Below are positions 18,220 through 30,478 of a stretch of 64,000 nt of DNA, in pieces. Position numbers and translations under genes: made by a program. The notes under the pieces were generated by a model. That model searched no databases and was not told the origin of the DNA. It worked only from the letters and a program-made list of their open reading frames with translations. Position 1 is the first letter of the stretch; each line of letters opens with the position of its first letter. This DNA comes from an uncultured Gemmatimonadales bacterium. Its GTDB lineage: Bacteria; Gemmatimonadota; Gemmatimonadetes; Gemmatimonadales; GWC2-71-9. The DNA lies in contig CAVYSW010000003.1 of NCBI GenBank assembly GCA_963771275.1, positions 352,001 through 416,000 of the forward strand, written 5' to 3'.

Positions 18220-18609
18220 ATGTCCGACATACCTGCGGATTTGCACTACACCGAAGAGCACGAATATGTGAAGCTGACCGACGATCCCAAGACGGTGATC
18301 ATCGGGATCACCGACTACGCGCAGGGGGAGCTCGGCGACGTAGTCTACGTGGACCTGCCGGAGGTTGGGGCGACGTTCGGCAAGATGGAGGTCTTCGGGA
18401 CGATCGAAGCCGTCAAGGCGGTTTCGGAGCTGTTCTGTCCCGTCGCGGGTGAAGTGGTCGAGATCAACGACGCCCTGGAAGGCGATCCCAGCCTGATCAA
18501 CAAGGACCCGTACGGCGACGGCTGGATGATCAAGCTGCGCATTCGCACGCCGGCGGACCTCAAGGAGCTGCTGACCGCCACCGACTACGCCGGGCACGTT
18601 GGCGAATAG
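18220..18609 (+). CDS. gcvH: glycine cleavage system H protein
   Basis: YTEEHEY, GITDYAQ, IEAVKA lipoyl Lys, DPYGDGW. Confidence 0.97.
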   Translation: MSDIPADLHYTEEHEYVKLTDDPKTVIIGITDYAQGELGDVVYVDLPEVGATFGKMEVFGTIEAVKAVSELFCPVAGEVVEINDALEGDPSLINKDPYGDGWMIKLRIRTPADLKELLTATDYAGHVGE

Positions 18610-18648
18610 CCCCGAGCCGTCCGTCTCCCAACTGGCAACGCTGGCACG

Positions 18649-18680
18649 ACGCCTCGGGGCACACCCCGGGGCGTTTGTTT
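18649..18680 (+). terminator. hairpin with T-rich tail between gcvH and gcvP
   Basis: ACGCCTCGGGG-loop-CCCCGGGGCGT followed by TTGTTT. Confidence 0.55.
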
Positions 18681-18690
18681 GAGAGGAGCC

Positions 18691-21573
<2,883 letters not shown>

Positions 21574-21580
21574 GCGGCGC

Positions 21581-22327
21581 ATGCGGTGGTCGCTGATCGT
21601 CGAGCCCGAGGGACGACCCGGCCACGAGCAGATGGCGACGGACGACGCCCTCCTGCGCAGCGCGCGGGAGGGCGTCGCCTATTTGCGGCTGTACGCCTGG
21701 CGCCCGCCCTGCCTCTCGTTCGGCCGGAACGAGCCCGCCGCCCAGCGCTACGACCGGCGCCGTATCGCGGCGCTCGGTCTGGACACCGTGCGCCGACCCA
21801 CCGGCGGCCGGGCCGTATGGCACGACGCCGAAGTCACGTACGCGGTGGCCGGACCGGCGGCGCTGTTCGGCTCGCTCCAGGCCACCTACCTGGCGATCCA
21901 CACGATGCTCGCCACGGCGCTCTGCCGGCTCGGCGTGCCGGCCACCCTGGCCCGGCCCCGCGCCCCTATCCTGCCGTCTGCGGGCGCCTGTTTCGCGGCG
22001 CCCGTGGGCGGGGAGATCGTCGTGCGGGACGGCAAGCTGGTGGGCAGCGCGCAGGTGCGCGAGGGCGGCGCCTTTCTCCAGCACGGGGCGATCCTGCTCC
22101 AGGACGCCCAGGACGTCGTCTCGTCCATCACGCTGGGACCGGTGCCGAGCTCCGCCGCGAGCTCGCTTGGCGCCGCCCTCGGTCGCGACGTTACATTCGC
22201 CGAGATCGCAACCGCCATCACGGAGGCCGCGCGGCACGCCTGGCCCGGGATCTGGGCCGAGGCACAGCCGCCGCGCCTCGAGGGGTCGGGGCGCTACGCC
22301 GATCCGGCGTGGACCTGGCGCTCCTGA
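21581..22327 (+). CDS. lipoate-protein ligase family protein (LipM/LplA catalytic domain only)
   Basis: MATDDAL, LRLYAW, RRPTGGRAVWH, ACF, KLVGSAQ, LQHG. Confidence 0.9.
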   Translation: MRWSLIVEPEGRPGHEQMATDDALLRSAREGVAYLRLYAWRPPCLSFGRNEPAAQRYDRRRIAALGLDTVRRPTGGRAVWHDAEVTYAVAGPAALFGSLQATYLAIHTMLATALCRLGVPATLARPRAPILPSAGACFAAPVGGEIVVRDGKLVGSAQVREGGAFLQHGAILLQDAQDVVSSITLGPVPSSAASSLGAALGRDVTFAEIATAITEAARHAWPGIWAEAQPPRLEGSGRYADPAWTWRS

Positions 22328-22372
22328 GGCGCCACCCCGGCGCGGCGGGAGCGTGAGCGGGGGCGGGGGCGC

Positions 22373-23359
22373 ATGAGCACGAACACGATCTCCTTCGTCG
22401 CGCGACGGCTCGCGCAGGGCGTCATCGTGATCTTCGCGGTGGCGACCCTGGTGTTCGTGCTGCTCCGCGTGGCCCCCGGCGACCCGCTCACCGTGCTCGG
22501 CGAGCAGCCGCAGCTGTCCCCCGCCGCCGTCGACCGGCTGCGCCGCACGTTCGGCCTCGATCAGCCGGTTCCCGTGCAGTACGTCCGCTACCTCGCCAAC
22601 CTCGCCCGTGGCGAGTTCGGGGTGTCGCTCACGCAGCACCGCCCGGTGCTCACAGCCATCGGCGACGCGCTGCCCAACACCCTGCTGCTCGCCGCCGCCG
22701 CCCTCCTGGTGGACTTCGCGGTCGGCATCGGCGTCGGCATCGTGCAGGGCGCGCGCGGCCGGTCCCGCACCGATGCGGTGCTCTCACTCGTGACGGTCAC
22801 GCTGTACTCGACCCCCGTGTTCTGGCTCGGGCTGGTCCTGCTCGTGCTGTTCGGCCAGACGCTCGGCTGGTTCCCGGCCGGCGGCACGATCGACCCGATC
22901 GGCCACTGGTCGCTGCCGCTCGCGGGACGCCTGCTCGACCGGCTGCGTCACCTCGTCCTGCCGGCCCTCACCCTGGGACTCGCCGCCGCGGGGTACACCG
23001 CGCGGCACCAGCGATCGGCCATGCTCGAGGCGATCGGCCAGGACTTCGTCCGCACCGCACGCGCCAAGGGTCTGCGGGAGCGCACCGTCGTGCTGCGCCA
23101 CGCCCTGCGCAACGCCCTGCTCCCCACGATCACCCTGGCCGGCATCGCCTTCCCGGTGCTCCTGTCGGGCACGGTGCTGGTCGAGACGGTGTTCTCCTGG
23201 CCCGGGATGGGCCGGCTCGCGGCGGACGCGATCGGCCGGCGCGATTACCCGATGGTGACGGGCGCCGCGATCCTCGCCGCCGCGATGGTGGTGCTCGGCA
23301 GCCTGCTCGCGGACCTCGCCGCCCGGCTCGCCGACCCGCGCATCCGGCGGAGCGCCTGA
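22373..23359 (+). CDS. Opp/Dpp-type ABC permease (B)
   Basis: APGDP, FGLDQP, EAA loop ARAKGL, HALRNA, ETVFSWPG. Confidence 0.93.
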   Translation: MSTNTISFVARRLAQGVIVIFAVATLVFVLLRVAPGDPLTVLGEQPQLSPAAVDRLRRTFGLDQPVPVQYVRYLANLARGEFGVSLTQHRPVLTAIGDALPNTLLLAAAALLVDFAVGIGVGIVQGARGRSRTDAVLSLVTVTLYSTPVFWLGLVLLVLFGQTLGWFPAGGTIDPIGHWSLPLAGRLLDRLRHLVLPALTLGLAAAGYTARHQRSAMLEAIGQDFVRTARAKGLRERTVVLRHALRNALLPTITLAGIAFPVLLSGTVLVETVFSWPGMGRLAADAIGRRDYPMVTGAAILAAAMVVLGSLLADLAARLADPRIRRSA

Positions 23360-24162
23360 TGCGGTTCCGGATCGGACTCGCCCTCGTGATCGCGCTCGCC
23401 GCCGTCGCCCTGCTGGCCCCGCTCCTGACCCCGTATCCGCCGGCCGCCCAGCTGGACCTCCACGCGCTCCGCTCCGCGCCCCCGTCCTTCGCCCACCCGG
23501 CCGGCACGGACCCGTACAGCCGCGACCTGCTGAGCCGGCTGCTCTACGGGGCGCGCATCTCGCTCACCATCGCGGTGCTCGCCGTCGTCCTCTCCGTCAC
23601 CGTGGGCACGCTGGTGGGCCTGCTCGCGGGGTACGCGGGGGGACTCGCCGACGCCGTGCTGATGCGCGTCGTCGACGCGGGCCTCGCGGTACCCAAGATG
23701 TTCGTGGTCCTCGTGGTGCTCGCGTTGTGGGAGGGCGTCACGATCCCCGCGCTGATCGGCATGATCGGTCTCACCGGCTGGTTCGGCGTGAGCCGCATCG
23801 TGCGCACCGAGGTCTCCGCTGCTCGCGAGCGCGAGTACGTCGCCGCGGCGCGCGCCGCCGGCGCCTCTCCCGTGCGGATCGCCTTCCGGCACATCCTCCC
23901 CAACGTGACCGGGCCGATCATCGTCACCGCCGCCATGGGGGTGGGGCAGGTCGTGCTGCTCGAGGCGGGGCTGTCCTATCTCGGGATCGGGGTGCCGCAG
24001 CCGACGCCGTCGTGGGGCAACATCATCGCCGACGGCCAGCACGTGTTGCTCACCGCGCCGTGGGTCGCCACGGGCGCCGGCCTGGCCATCATCGTCACCG
24101 TGCTCGCGTTCTCGATCCTCGGGGACGGCCTGCGCGAGCGCCTCGACCCCCGGTCCGCATGA
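23359..24162 (+). CDS. Opp/Dpp-type ABC permease (C)
   Basis: HPAGTD, GARISL, EYVAAARAAG, HILPN, EAGLSYLG. Confidence 0.93.
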   Translation: MRFRIGLALVIALAAVALLAPLLTPYPPAAQLDLHALRSAPPSFAHPAGTDPYSRDLLSRLLYGARISLTIAVLAVVLSVTVGTLVGLLAGYAGGLADAVLMRVVDAGLAVPKMFVVLVVLALWEGVTIPALIGMIGLTGWFGVSRIVRTEVSAAREREYVAAARAAGASPVRIAFRHILPNVTGPIIVTAAMGVGQVVLLEAGLSYLGIGVPQPTPSWGNIIADGQHVLLTAPWVATGAGLAIIVTVLAFSILGDGLRERLDPRSA

Positions 24163-25145
24163 GCGCGCTGCTCGCCGTCCGCGACCTCACCGTCACGTTC
24201 GACGCCCGCCCCCGGGTCGCCCGGGCGGTGGACGGCGTCTCGTTCGAGGTGGCGCCGGGCGAGACCCTGGCGCTGGTCGGCGAGTCGGGGTGCGGGAAGA
24301 CGGTGACCGCGCTGGCCCTGCTCCGGCTGCTGCAGCAGCCGCCGGCGCGGATCGCGCCGGCGAGCCGGATTCTCTTCGAGGACGCCGACGTGCTCGCCAT
24401 GGACGGAGCCGCGCTGCGGCGGCTCCGCGGCGCGCGCATGGCCATCGTGTTCCAGGAGCCGATGACGAGCCTGAACCCGGTGCTCACCGTCGGAACGCAG
24501 ATCGCGGAGACCGTCCGGGCGCACGAGCGCGTGCCGCGCGCGGCGGCGCGCGCGCGCGCGGCCGACATGCTCGCGCTCATGGGCCTACCCGACCCACCGC
24601 GCTGCCTGCGGCAGTATCCCCACGAGCTGAGCGGCGGCATGCGGCAGCGCGTCCTCCTCGCCATGGCCCTCGTGTGCCGGCCGCAGCTGCTGATCGCGGA
24701 CGAGCCGACCACCGCGCTCGACGTGACGATCCAGGCCCAGATCCTCGAGCTGCTTGCCGACCTCCGGTCCCGCCTCGGCATGGCGATGCTGCTGATCACC
24801 CACAACCTCGGGATCGCCGCCGGGATCGCCGACCGCGTCGCGGTGATGTACGGCGGGCGCATCGTCGAAACGGCCCCCAGCACCGAGCTGTTCGCGCGCC
24901 CTGCGCACCCCTACACCGCCGGTCTGCTGCGCGCCGCCCCGCGGCTGGACGGCCCGGCGCGGCCGACGCTCGCGATTCCCGGGACGGTGCCGCCGGCCAC
25001 CGCGTGGCCCGACGGCTGTCGCTTCCACCCCCGCTGCGCGCGCGTGTGGCAGCGCTGCGGGACGGAGCCGCCGCTGCTGGACGTCGGTCCCGCGCGCACC
25101 GCGCGCTGCTGGCTGGTCGCGGACCCGACGGGCGGAAAACCGTGA
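24159..25145 (+). CDS. Opp/Dpp-type ABC ATP-binding subunit (D)
   Basis: GESGCGKT, LSGGMRQR, IADEPT, HPYT, GCRFHPRC. Confidence 0.93.
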   Translation: MSALLAVRDLTVTFDARPRVARAVDGVSFEVAPGETLALVGESGCGKTVTALALLRLLQQPPARIAPASRILFEDADVLAMDGAALRRLRGARMAIVFQEPMTSLNPVLTVGTQIAETVRAHERVPRAAARARAADMLALMGLPDPPRCLRQYPHELSGGMRQRVLLAMALVCRPQLLIADEPTTALDVTIQAQILELLADLRSRLGMAMLLITHNLGIAAGIADRVAVMYGGRIVETAPSTELFARPAHPYTAGLLRAAPRLDGPARPTLAIPGTVPPATAWPDGCRFHPRCARVWQRCGTEPPLLDVGPARTARCWLVADPTGGKP

Positions 25146-26128
25146 ACGCGCCCCCGCCGTCGACGCCCCTCGTCACCGTCGAGGGTCTGGTCAAGCGCTT
25201 CGCCACGGACCGCGCGGGGCACGCGCCGCTGCATGCCGTGAGCGGCGTGTCGCTCGCGGTGGGCCGCGGGGAAACGCTCGCGCTCGTCGGGGAGAGCGGC
25301 TCGGGCAAGACGACCGTGGCGCGCTGTCTCGTGCGGCTGGTGGACCCGGATGCGGGATCGATCCGGTTCGACGGGGTGGACCTCACCACCTTGCGGGGCC
25401 GCGCGCTCCGCGCGTTCCGGCGACGCATCCAGATCGTGTTCCAGGACCCCTACGGCTCGCTCAATCCCCGCATGACCGTCGGCCAGACCGTGGCGGAGCC
25501 GCTCGCGATCCACCGCATCGCCACCGGGCGCGCGGCCGACCAGCGCGTCGTCGCGCTGTTCCGCGAGGTCGGCCTCGACCCGTCCTATCGCACGCGCTAC
25601 CCCCACCAGCTCTCGGGCGGGCAGCGCCAGCGCGTCGGCATCGCCCGCGCCCTGGCCCCGGGCCCGGAGTGTCTCGTGCTCGACGAGCCCGTGTCCGCCC
25701 TCGACGTGTCGGTGCAGGCCCAAGTGCTCGTGTTGCTGCGGGAGCTGCAGCAGCAGCGCGGCCTGACGTACCTGTTCATCGCGCACGACCTCGCCGTCGT
25801 GCGCCAGATCGCGTCACGCGTCGCCGTGATGTACCTGGGACGGATCGTGGAGGAGGCGCCGGCGGAGCTGCTCTTCGCGATGCCGCATCACCCCTACACC
25901 GCATCGCTGCTCTCGGCCGTCCCCGTGCCGGATCCGGCGGCGCCCCGGACCCGGATCGCCCTCACCGGCGAGCCGCCGAGCCCCGTGCACCCCCCCGCCG
26001 GATGCCCGCTGCATCCCCGCTGCCCGCACCCGGCGAAGGACGAGCGCTGCCGCACGGAGCTGCCGGCGCTGCGCGTGATCGGGGACGACCGCCGGGTCGC
26101 GTGCCATCACGCGGACCAGGCCCTGTAG
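25142..26128 (+). CDS. Opp/Dpp-type ABC ATP-binding subunit (F)
   Basis: GESGSGKT, LSGGQRQR, LDEPVS, HPYT, GCPLHPRC; GTG start overlapping the upstream stop. Confidence 0.93.
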   Translation: MNAPPPSTPLVTVEGLVKRFATDRAGHAPLHAVSGVSLAVGRGETLALVGESGSGKTTVARCLVRLVDPDAGSIRFDGVDLTTLRGRALRAFRRRIQIVFQDPYGSLNPRMTVGQTVAEPLAIHRIATGRAADQRVVALFREVGLDPSYRTRYPHQLSGGQRQRVGIARALAPGPECLVLDEPVSALDVSVQAQVLVLLRELQQQRGLTYLFIAHDLAVVRQIASRVAVMYLGRIVEEAPAELLFAMPHHPYTASLLSAVPVPDPAAPRTRIALTGEPPSPVHPPAGCPLHPRCPHPAKDERCRTELPALRVIGDDRRVACHHADQAL

Positions 26129-26137
26129 CCCCGGCGG

Positions 26138-26536
26138 TCAGTCGAACAGATCGCTCTGCGGCAGGTTCCCGTCGGACGCGTCGGCCTTGAGCACGTTGCG
26201 CAGCCGTCGCACCCACATGTCGACGTCCAGCTTCGCTTCGTTCGCCAGCATGCGGCGCAGCACGTCGGGCACGTCTCCCAGGCTGTCGGCAAGGTCGCCG
26301 AGGATCTCCCGCGCCTCCTGCATCCGCAGCACCTCGTCCGTGGCGACCGCCATGTCCTGCAGGATCGCCTGTTCGGAGCGCGACGCGACGATCGGCTGTT
26401 CGAGCGTCGCCGTGTAGACCTCGGTGCGGCGCCCGGGACCGCGGTCCTGCTCGATCGGCATCAGCCCCACGATCGCGTCCGACCGCCAGTACTTACCGTA
26501 GCCGAGATAGACCATCCGGTCGGGTTTCACGTCCAT
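26138..26536 (-). CDS. conserved-looking hypothetical protein, possibly RemA/DUF370-like N-terminus
   Basis: LGYGKYWRSDAIVGL...GRRTEV...IVASRS recalls the RemA pattern IGFGN...GRRT; family call tentative. Confidence 0.7.
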   Translation of the reverse strand: MDVKPDRMVYLGYGKYWRSDAIVGLMPIEQDRGPGRRTEVYTATLEQPIVASRSEQAILQDMAVATDEVLRMQEAREILGDLADSLGDVPDVLRRMLANEAKLDVDMWVRRLRNVLKADASDGNLPQSDLFD

Positions 26537-26545
26537 GGTGTCCGC

Positions 26546-27076
26546 CTATTTCCCCATGCGTTTCTTGAGATCTGCCAGCCGCTGGGCCGCGTCCGCCTCC
26601 CGCGCGGCCCGGTCGGTCACCGTGCGCAGCTCGGTGTCGTCGGTGCCGAGCTCCTCGGCCGTCGGGCCCGCGGCCTCGGGCGCGATCCCGCCCCGGCGCT
26701 CGAGCTCCTTGAGCTGCGTCACCATCTCCCCCACGTCGCGGTCCGCCAGCGTCAGCTCGGCGTGCTGCGCCGCGAGCTTCTGCTCCAGCACGGCCACCCG
26801 CTCGCCGTGCTTGGCGGCGAAGCGCTGCGCGATCGCGACGGTCTCCGCGTCGCCGATCCCTTCCGCGAGCGCCCCCCGGCGCTGGGCGTCGGCGAGCTGC
26901 TGGCGCTCCACGACCAGCTCGCGCTCGGTTCTGGCCAGGGCCTCGCGCAGCTGCATCAGGGCCGCGCGGCCCTCCACCGCCGCGCGCCGCATCTGCCCCT
27001 GGAGGTCTCGCCAGTCGGGTGGCGGCATCGCCGCATCGAGCGCCGCGTTCACCGCCGCGCGCAGACGCTCGAACAC
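26546..27076 (-). CDS. coiled-coil protein, PspA/IM30-like
   Basis: All-helical Ala/Glu/Arg-rich sequence; FERL start and LADLKKRMG end resemble PspA termini. Confidence 0.7.
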   Translation of the reverse strand: MFERLRAAVNAALDAAMPPPDWRDLQGQMRRAAVEGRAALMQLREALARTERELVVERQQLADAQRRGALAEGIGDAETVAIAQRFAAKHGERVAVLEQKLAAQHAELTLADRDVGEMVTQLKELERRGGIAPEAAGPTAEELGTDDTELRTVTDRAAREADAAQRLADLKKRMGK

Positions 27077-27085
27077 GGCCGCCGG

Positions 27086-27250
27086 CTAGGCCTTCTTCGA
27101 CGTCTTGGCAAAGAAGGACCGCAACTCCTGGCTCACCTTCGTGGACTTGCACTTCGGGCACGCGACCCGGCCGCGGCCGTGCGCCGAGATGCGTTCCGGA
27201 CGCGAGAAGCGCTTCCCGCACTTGTCGCACCGATAGGAATACGTCGGCAT
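27086..27250 (-). CDS. FmdB-family zinc ribbon protein
   Basis: Below the ORF-track cutoff; MPTYSYRCDKCGKRF...CPKCKSTKVSQ (54 aa); GAGGGTG RBS. Confidence 0.9.
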   Translation of the reverse strand: MPTYSYRCDKCGKRFSRPERISAHGRGRVACPKCKSTKVSQELRSFFAKTSKKA

Positions 27251-27285
27251 AGTCACCCTCAGCGATCGATGTGGACGGCCCCGAT

Positions 27286-27314
27286 AGGTTATGCCCCGTC
27301 AACAGGCCGGTCAA
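27286..27314 (-). promoter_or_regulatory. putative sigma70 promoter for the zinc-ribbon operon
   Basis: TTGACC-17nt-TAACCT on the minus strand. Confidence 0.6.
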
Positions 27315-27371
27315 GCGAGCGCGGACGGCCCCCTATGGCCACCGCCCGGCCCCCACGCCAGATTGCAGGGC

Positions 27372-27860
27372 ATGAAACGTCTTCTTCTGCTGACGCTGGC
27401 GCTCGGCGCCTGCCGCAGCGAACGCAACGCGGAGAACTCGGCGGTCTGCGGCATTGCCGTCCTGGCCGCCGGCAATATGGTCCTCGATCAGTTCCAGGGC
27501 GGAACCACGGTGCTGCACACCGCGCCCGCCGGCCTGGTGGGCGACGTGCCGGCGCGTGTCATCGGCCGCGGCACCGCGACCGCCCTGGCGGCGCGCAGCG
27601 ACAGCGCCGTCGTGCTCGGGTACCGCGGGGACGGCTTCCCCGACCGGCCCGGGTTCGCGGTCGCGCTGGTCGATGACTCGTCCGAGGTGTTCCGCGGCGT
27701 CCTGATCTTCGAGAGCAGCGGCCCGGCGGACTACCCGCAAGTCGGGACCATCTCGAGTGCCTCGAGCACGCTTCCGCTCTACGCGATGCGCGTCAGCTGG
27801 TCGCGCGTGAGCGACCCCAAGTGCCCCCTGTTCGCCGCGAGGGACACGACGCCACGGTGA
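27372..27860 (+). CDS. lipoprotein of unknown function
   Basis: MKRLLLLTLALGAC lipobox. Confidence 0.8.
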   Translation: MKRLLLLTLALGACRSERNAENSAVCGIAVLAAGNMVLDQFQGGTTVLHTAPAGLVGDVPARVIGRGTATALAARSDSAVVLGYRGDGFPDRPGFAVALVDDSSEVFRGVLIFESSGPADYPQVGTISSASSTLPLYAMRVSWSRVSDPKCPLFAARDTTPR

Positions 27861-28007
27861 CCCGGGCCACAGCCGGGCGCCCGGGGTCGGCGGTAGCATG
27901 GACTGGTCCGCGCGCGCCGACCGGCCGCGGGATGCGACGGCGTGACCACACGGCCCGGCCGGCGCAGCTGAACGGCTGAGGAAACGGGCGGAGCCCCGCA
28001 CGGTCTA

Positions 28008-29999
28008 ATGTCCCAACCTCCGACGGTACCGCGGTCGCCCGCCGACAGCGCGCGCTCCGGCGTCCTGCCGGCGCTCACCGCGCTCGGCCAGGATCTCGTG
28101 GGCGCCGTCACCCCCGAGCACGTGGTCGACCGCGTCGTCGATGCGCTGCGCCAGCTCGTGGCCCCCGATCGGCTGCTCGTCGTGCTCCACGAGGCGCCGG
28201 ACCGGGGCCCGCGCGTCGCCTGCGCGATCGGCGTCACCCAGCCACGACCCGACGACCCGCTCATCGCCCTGACGGAGCGTGAGGGTCCCCTGCTGCTCGG
28301 TGCCAGCGTCCGGGAGCGGCTCGCCGGCTACGGCATCACGGTGCCAGACCCGCCCGGCTCGTGGATCGGGGCGCCCCTCGCTACCGCCGCCCCACTGGGA
28401 GCGGTTTCGCTCGGGGCGACGACCCCCGGGCGCTTCACGCGCGAGACCCTCGACATCGTCCGCTCCGTGGTGGCCCAGGGCGCGATCGCCCTCCAGAACA
28501 CCCGGCTCATGGGGCTGGTGTCCGAGGGCAAGCGCGAATGGGAGCAGACGGTCGACGCGATCACGCAGGGGATCTGCGTCGTGGACGCGGCCGGCACCAT
28601 CCGGCGCGCCAACCGCACGTTCTGCCGCCTGGTGGACGTCCCGTTGACCGCCGTCGCCGGCCGGCCGTGGGTCGGACTGCTGCCGCCGGGCTGGACCGCC
28701 GCGGTCGAACGGCTGCTCGCCGAGCCGGCGTCCGGCGAGACCGCCGAGCTCAAGGCCGGGGAACGCCTGTTCCTGCTCTCCGCGCTGCCGCTCCAGGGTA
28801 TCGGCCAGGCCGCGGCGGTGCTCGTGTTCGACGACCAGACCGAGAAACGCCGGCTCCAGGGGCAGCTGATCCAGTCCGAGAAGATGTCCGCCATCGGCCA
28901 GCTCATCGCCGGGGTGGCGCACGACCTGAACAACCCGCTCGCGTCGGTCGTGGGCTTCGCCGACTACCTGGTCGAGACGAGTGACGCCGCACCGCCGGAG
29001 CTGATGGAGCCGCTCCGCGCCATCCGGCAGGAAGCCGAGCGGGCCGCCAACATCGTCAAGAACCTGCTGACGTTCGCCCGCAAGCAGGAGCGCCGGCTCA
29101 AGCTCATGTCCGTTCACGACCTCCTGACGAACACGCTGGTCCTGCTGCGGAACGAGCTCCTCGCGGCCAAGATCGAGATCGAGGTGGACGTGGTGCCGGG
29201 CGTGCCCGACGTGAACGTGGACGGCGGGCAGATCCAGCAGGTGTTCGTCAACCTGATCCACAACGCGTCGCAGGCCATGCAGGCGAGCGGTGTCGGGAAG
29301 CGCATCGTGATCCGCGCGATTCCGTGGCTCGACGGGGTGGCCGTCACCGTCGAAGATGACGGGCCCGGCATCCCGCCGGCGCTGGCCGAGCGGGTCTTCG
29401 AGCCGTTCTTCACGACCAAGGCCGCGGGTGAGGGCACCGGACTCGGGTTGTCGATCTCGCACGGCATCGTGCGGGAACACGGCGGGCGGCTGTCCCTCGT
29501 GCCGACGACGCGCCGCGGCGCCGTGTTCCAGGTGGAGCTGCCGGCCGGCGGCCCGCCGCCCGAGCCGCACGTCGAAGCCCCGGTCCTGCCGCGCGCCCTC
29601 CGGGTGCTCGTCGTGGACGACGAGCCGCACATCCAGCACTACATGCGCGCCACCCTCGAGGCCTGGGGACACACGGTCGCCGTCGCGAGCAATGGCGAGG
29701 GCGGGCTGGAGCAGGCCCTGCACCAGCCGTTCGATGCCATCATCGCCGACCTCCGCATGCCGGAGGTCGGCGGCCGCGAGATGTTCGAGCGCCTGCGGCG
29801 CGCGCACCCCGACGTCGCGGAACGCGTGGTGTTCAGCACGGGCGACACGGTCCGGGGCGACACACTCGCGTTCCTCGAGTCGCTCGGCCGGCCGTACCTG
29901 CGCAAGCCGTTCACCCTCGCCGAGCTGCGGGCGGCGCTCGCGGACCTGATTCAGCGGACCCGGGTTCGCGAGCCCGGCGGCCGGGGCGGCCCTGGGTGA
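28008..29999 (+). CDS. hybrid sensor histidine kinase (GAF-PAS-HisKA-HATPase-REC)
   Basis: SEKMSAIGQLIAGVAHDLNNPL H-box, N-box, DDGPG, FEPFFTTK, GTGLGL, receiver VVDDE...DLRMP...KPF. Confidence 0.94.
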   Translation: MSQPPTVPRSPADSARSGVLPALTALGQDLVGAVTPEHVVDRVVDALRQLVAPDRLLVVLHEAPDRGPRVACAIGVTQPRPDDPLIALTEREGPLLLGASVRERLAGYGITVPDPPGSWIGAPLATAAPLGAVSLGATTPGRFTRETLDIVRSVVAQGAIALQNTRLMGLVSEGKREWEQTVDAITQGICVVDAAGTIRRANRTFCRLVDVPLTAVAGRPWVGLLPPGWTAAVERLLAEPASGETAELKAGERLFLLSALPLQGIGQAAAVLVFDDQTEKRRLQGQLIQSEKMSAIGQLIAGVAHDLNNPLASVVGFADYLVETSDAAPPELMEPLRAIRQEAERAANIVKNLLTFARKQERRLKLMSVHDLLTNTLVLLRNELLAAKIEIEVDVVPGVPDVNVDGGQIQQVFVNLIHNASQAMQASGVGKRIVIRAIPWLDGVAVTVEDDGPGIPPALAERVFEPFFTTKAAGEGTGLGLSISHGIVREHGGRLSLVPTTRRGAVFQVELPAGGPPPEPHVEAPVLPRALRVLVVDDEPHIQHYMRATLEAWGHTVAVASNGEGGLEQALHQPFDAIIADLRMPEVGGREMFERLRRAHPDVAERVVFSTGDTVRGDTLAFLESLGRPYLRKPFTLAELRAALADLIQRTRVREPGGRGGPG

Positions 30000-30376
30000 C
30001 CGCCAGCCCGGACACGCGGCTCCGCCGCCGGGCCCAGCCGCTGCCGGTTGCCCTCGTCATCATCGGTTGCCTGCTGATCGCCGCCCATTTCCTGCGCGCC
30101 AACGCCCTGCTCATTGCGGTGCTGTGCGCGGCCACCCCGTGTCTGCTCATCGTGCCGCGTCCCTGGGCCCCGCGCGTCGTGCAGCTGCTGCTCCTCGCGG
30201 CCACGGCCGAGTGGCTCCGGACCACCATCGTGCTCGCGCACGATCGCACCGCGGCGGGCGAGCCCTGGCGACGCATGGCGGTCATTCTCGCCGCGGTGGC
30301 GGGCGTCACGCTGTGGTCCGCGCTCCTCGCCCCGCGCGCCGCCCGGGGACATGCCGCCCTGGGCGACGGGCGCTAG
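29996..30376 (+). CDS. membrane protein (about 4 TM)
   Basis: Hydrophobic helices; AAHFLR and GEPWRRM motifs. Confidence 0.7.
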   Translation: MTASPDTRLRRRAQPLPVALVIIGCLLIAAHFLRANALLIAVLCAATPCLLIVPRPWAPRVVQLLLLAATAEWLRTTIVLAHDRTAAGEPWRRMAVILAAVAGVTLWSALLAPRAARGHAALGDGR

Positions 30377-30478
30377 GGCGGGCTGCGCCAACCGGCCCCT
30401 CCTTCCCCTGTTACATTCCCCATAACGACGGTTGCCGGAGCCCTCGGCGCCCGCGCCCGCTGGGGTAGGAGTCTTGGG

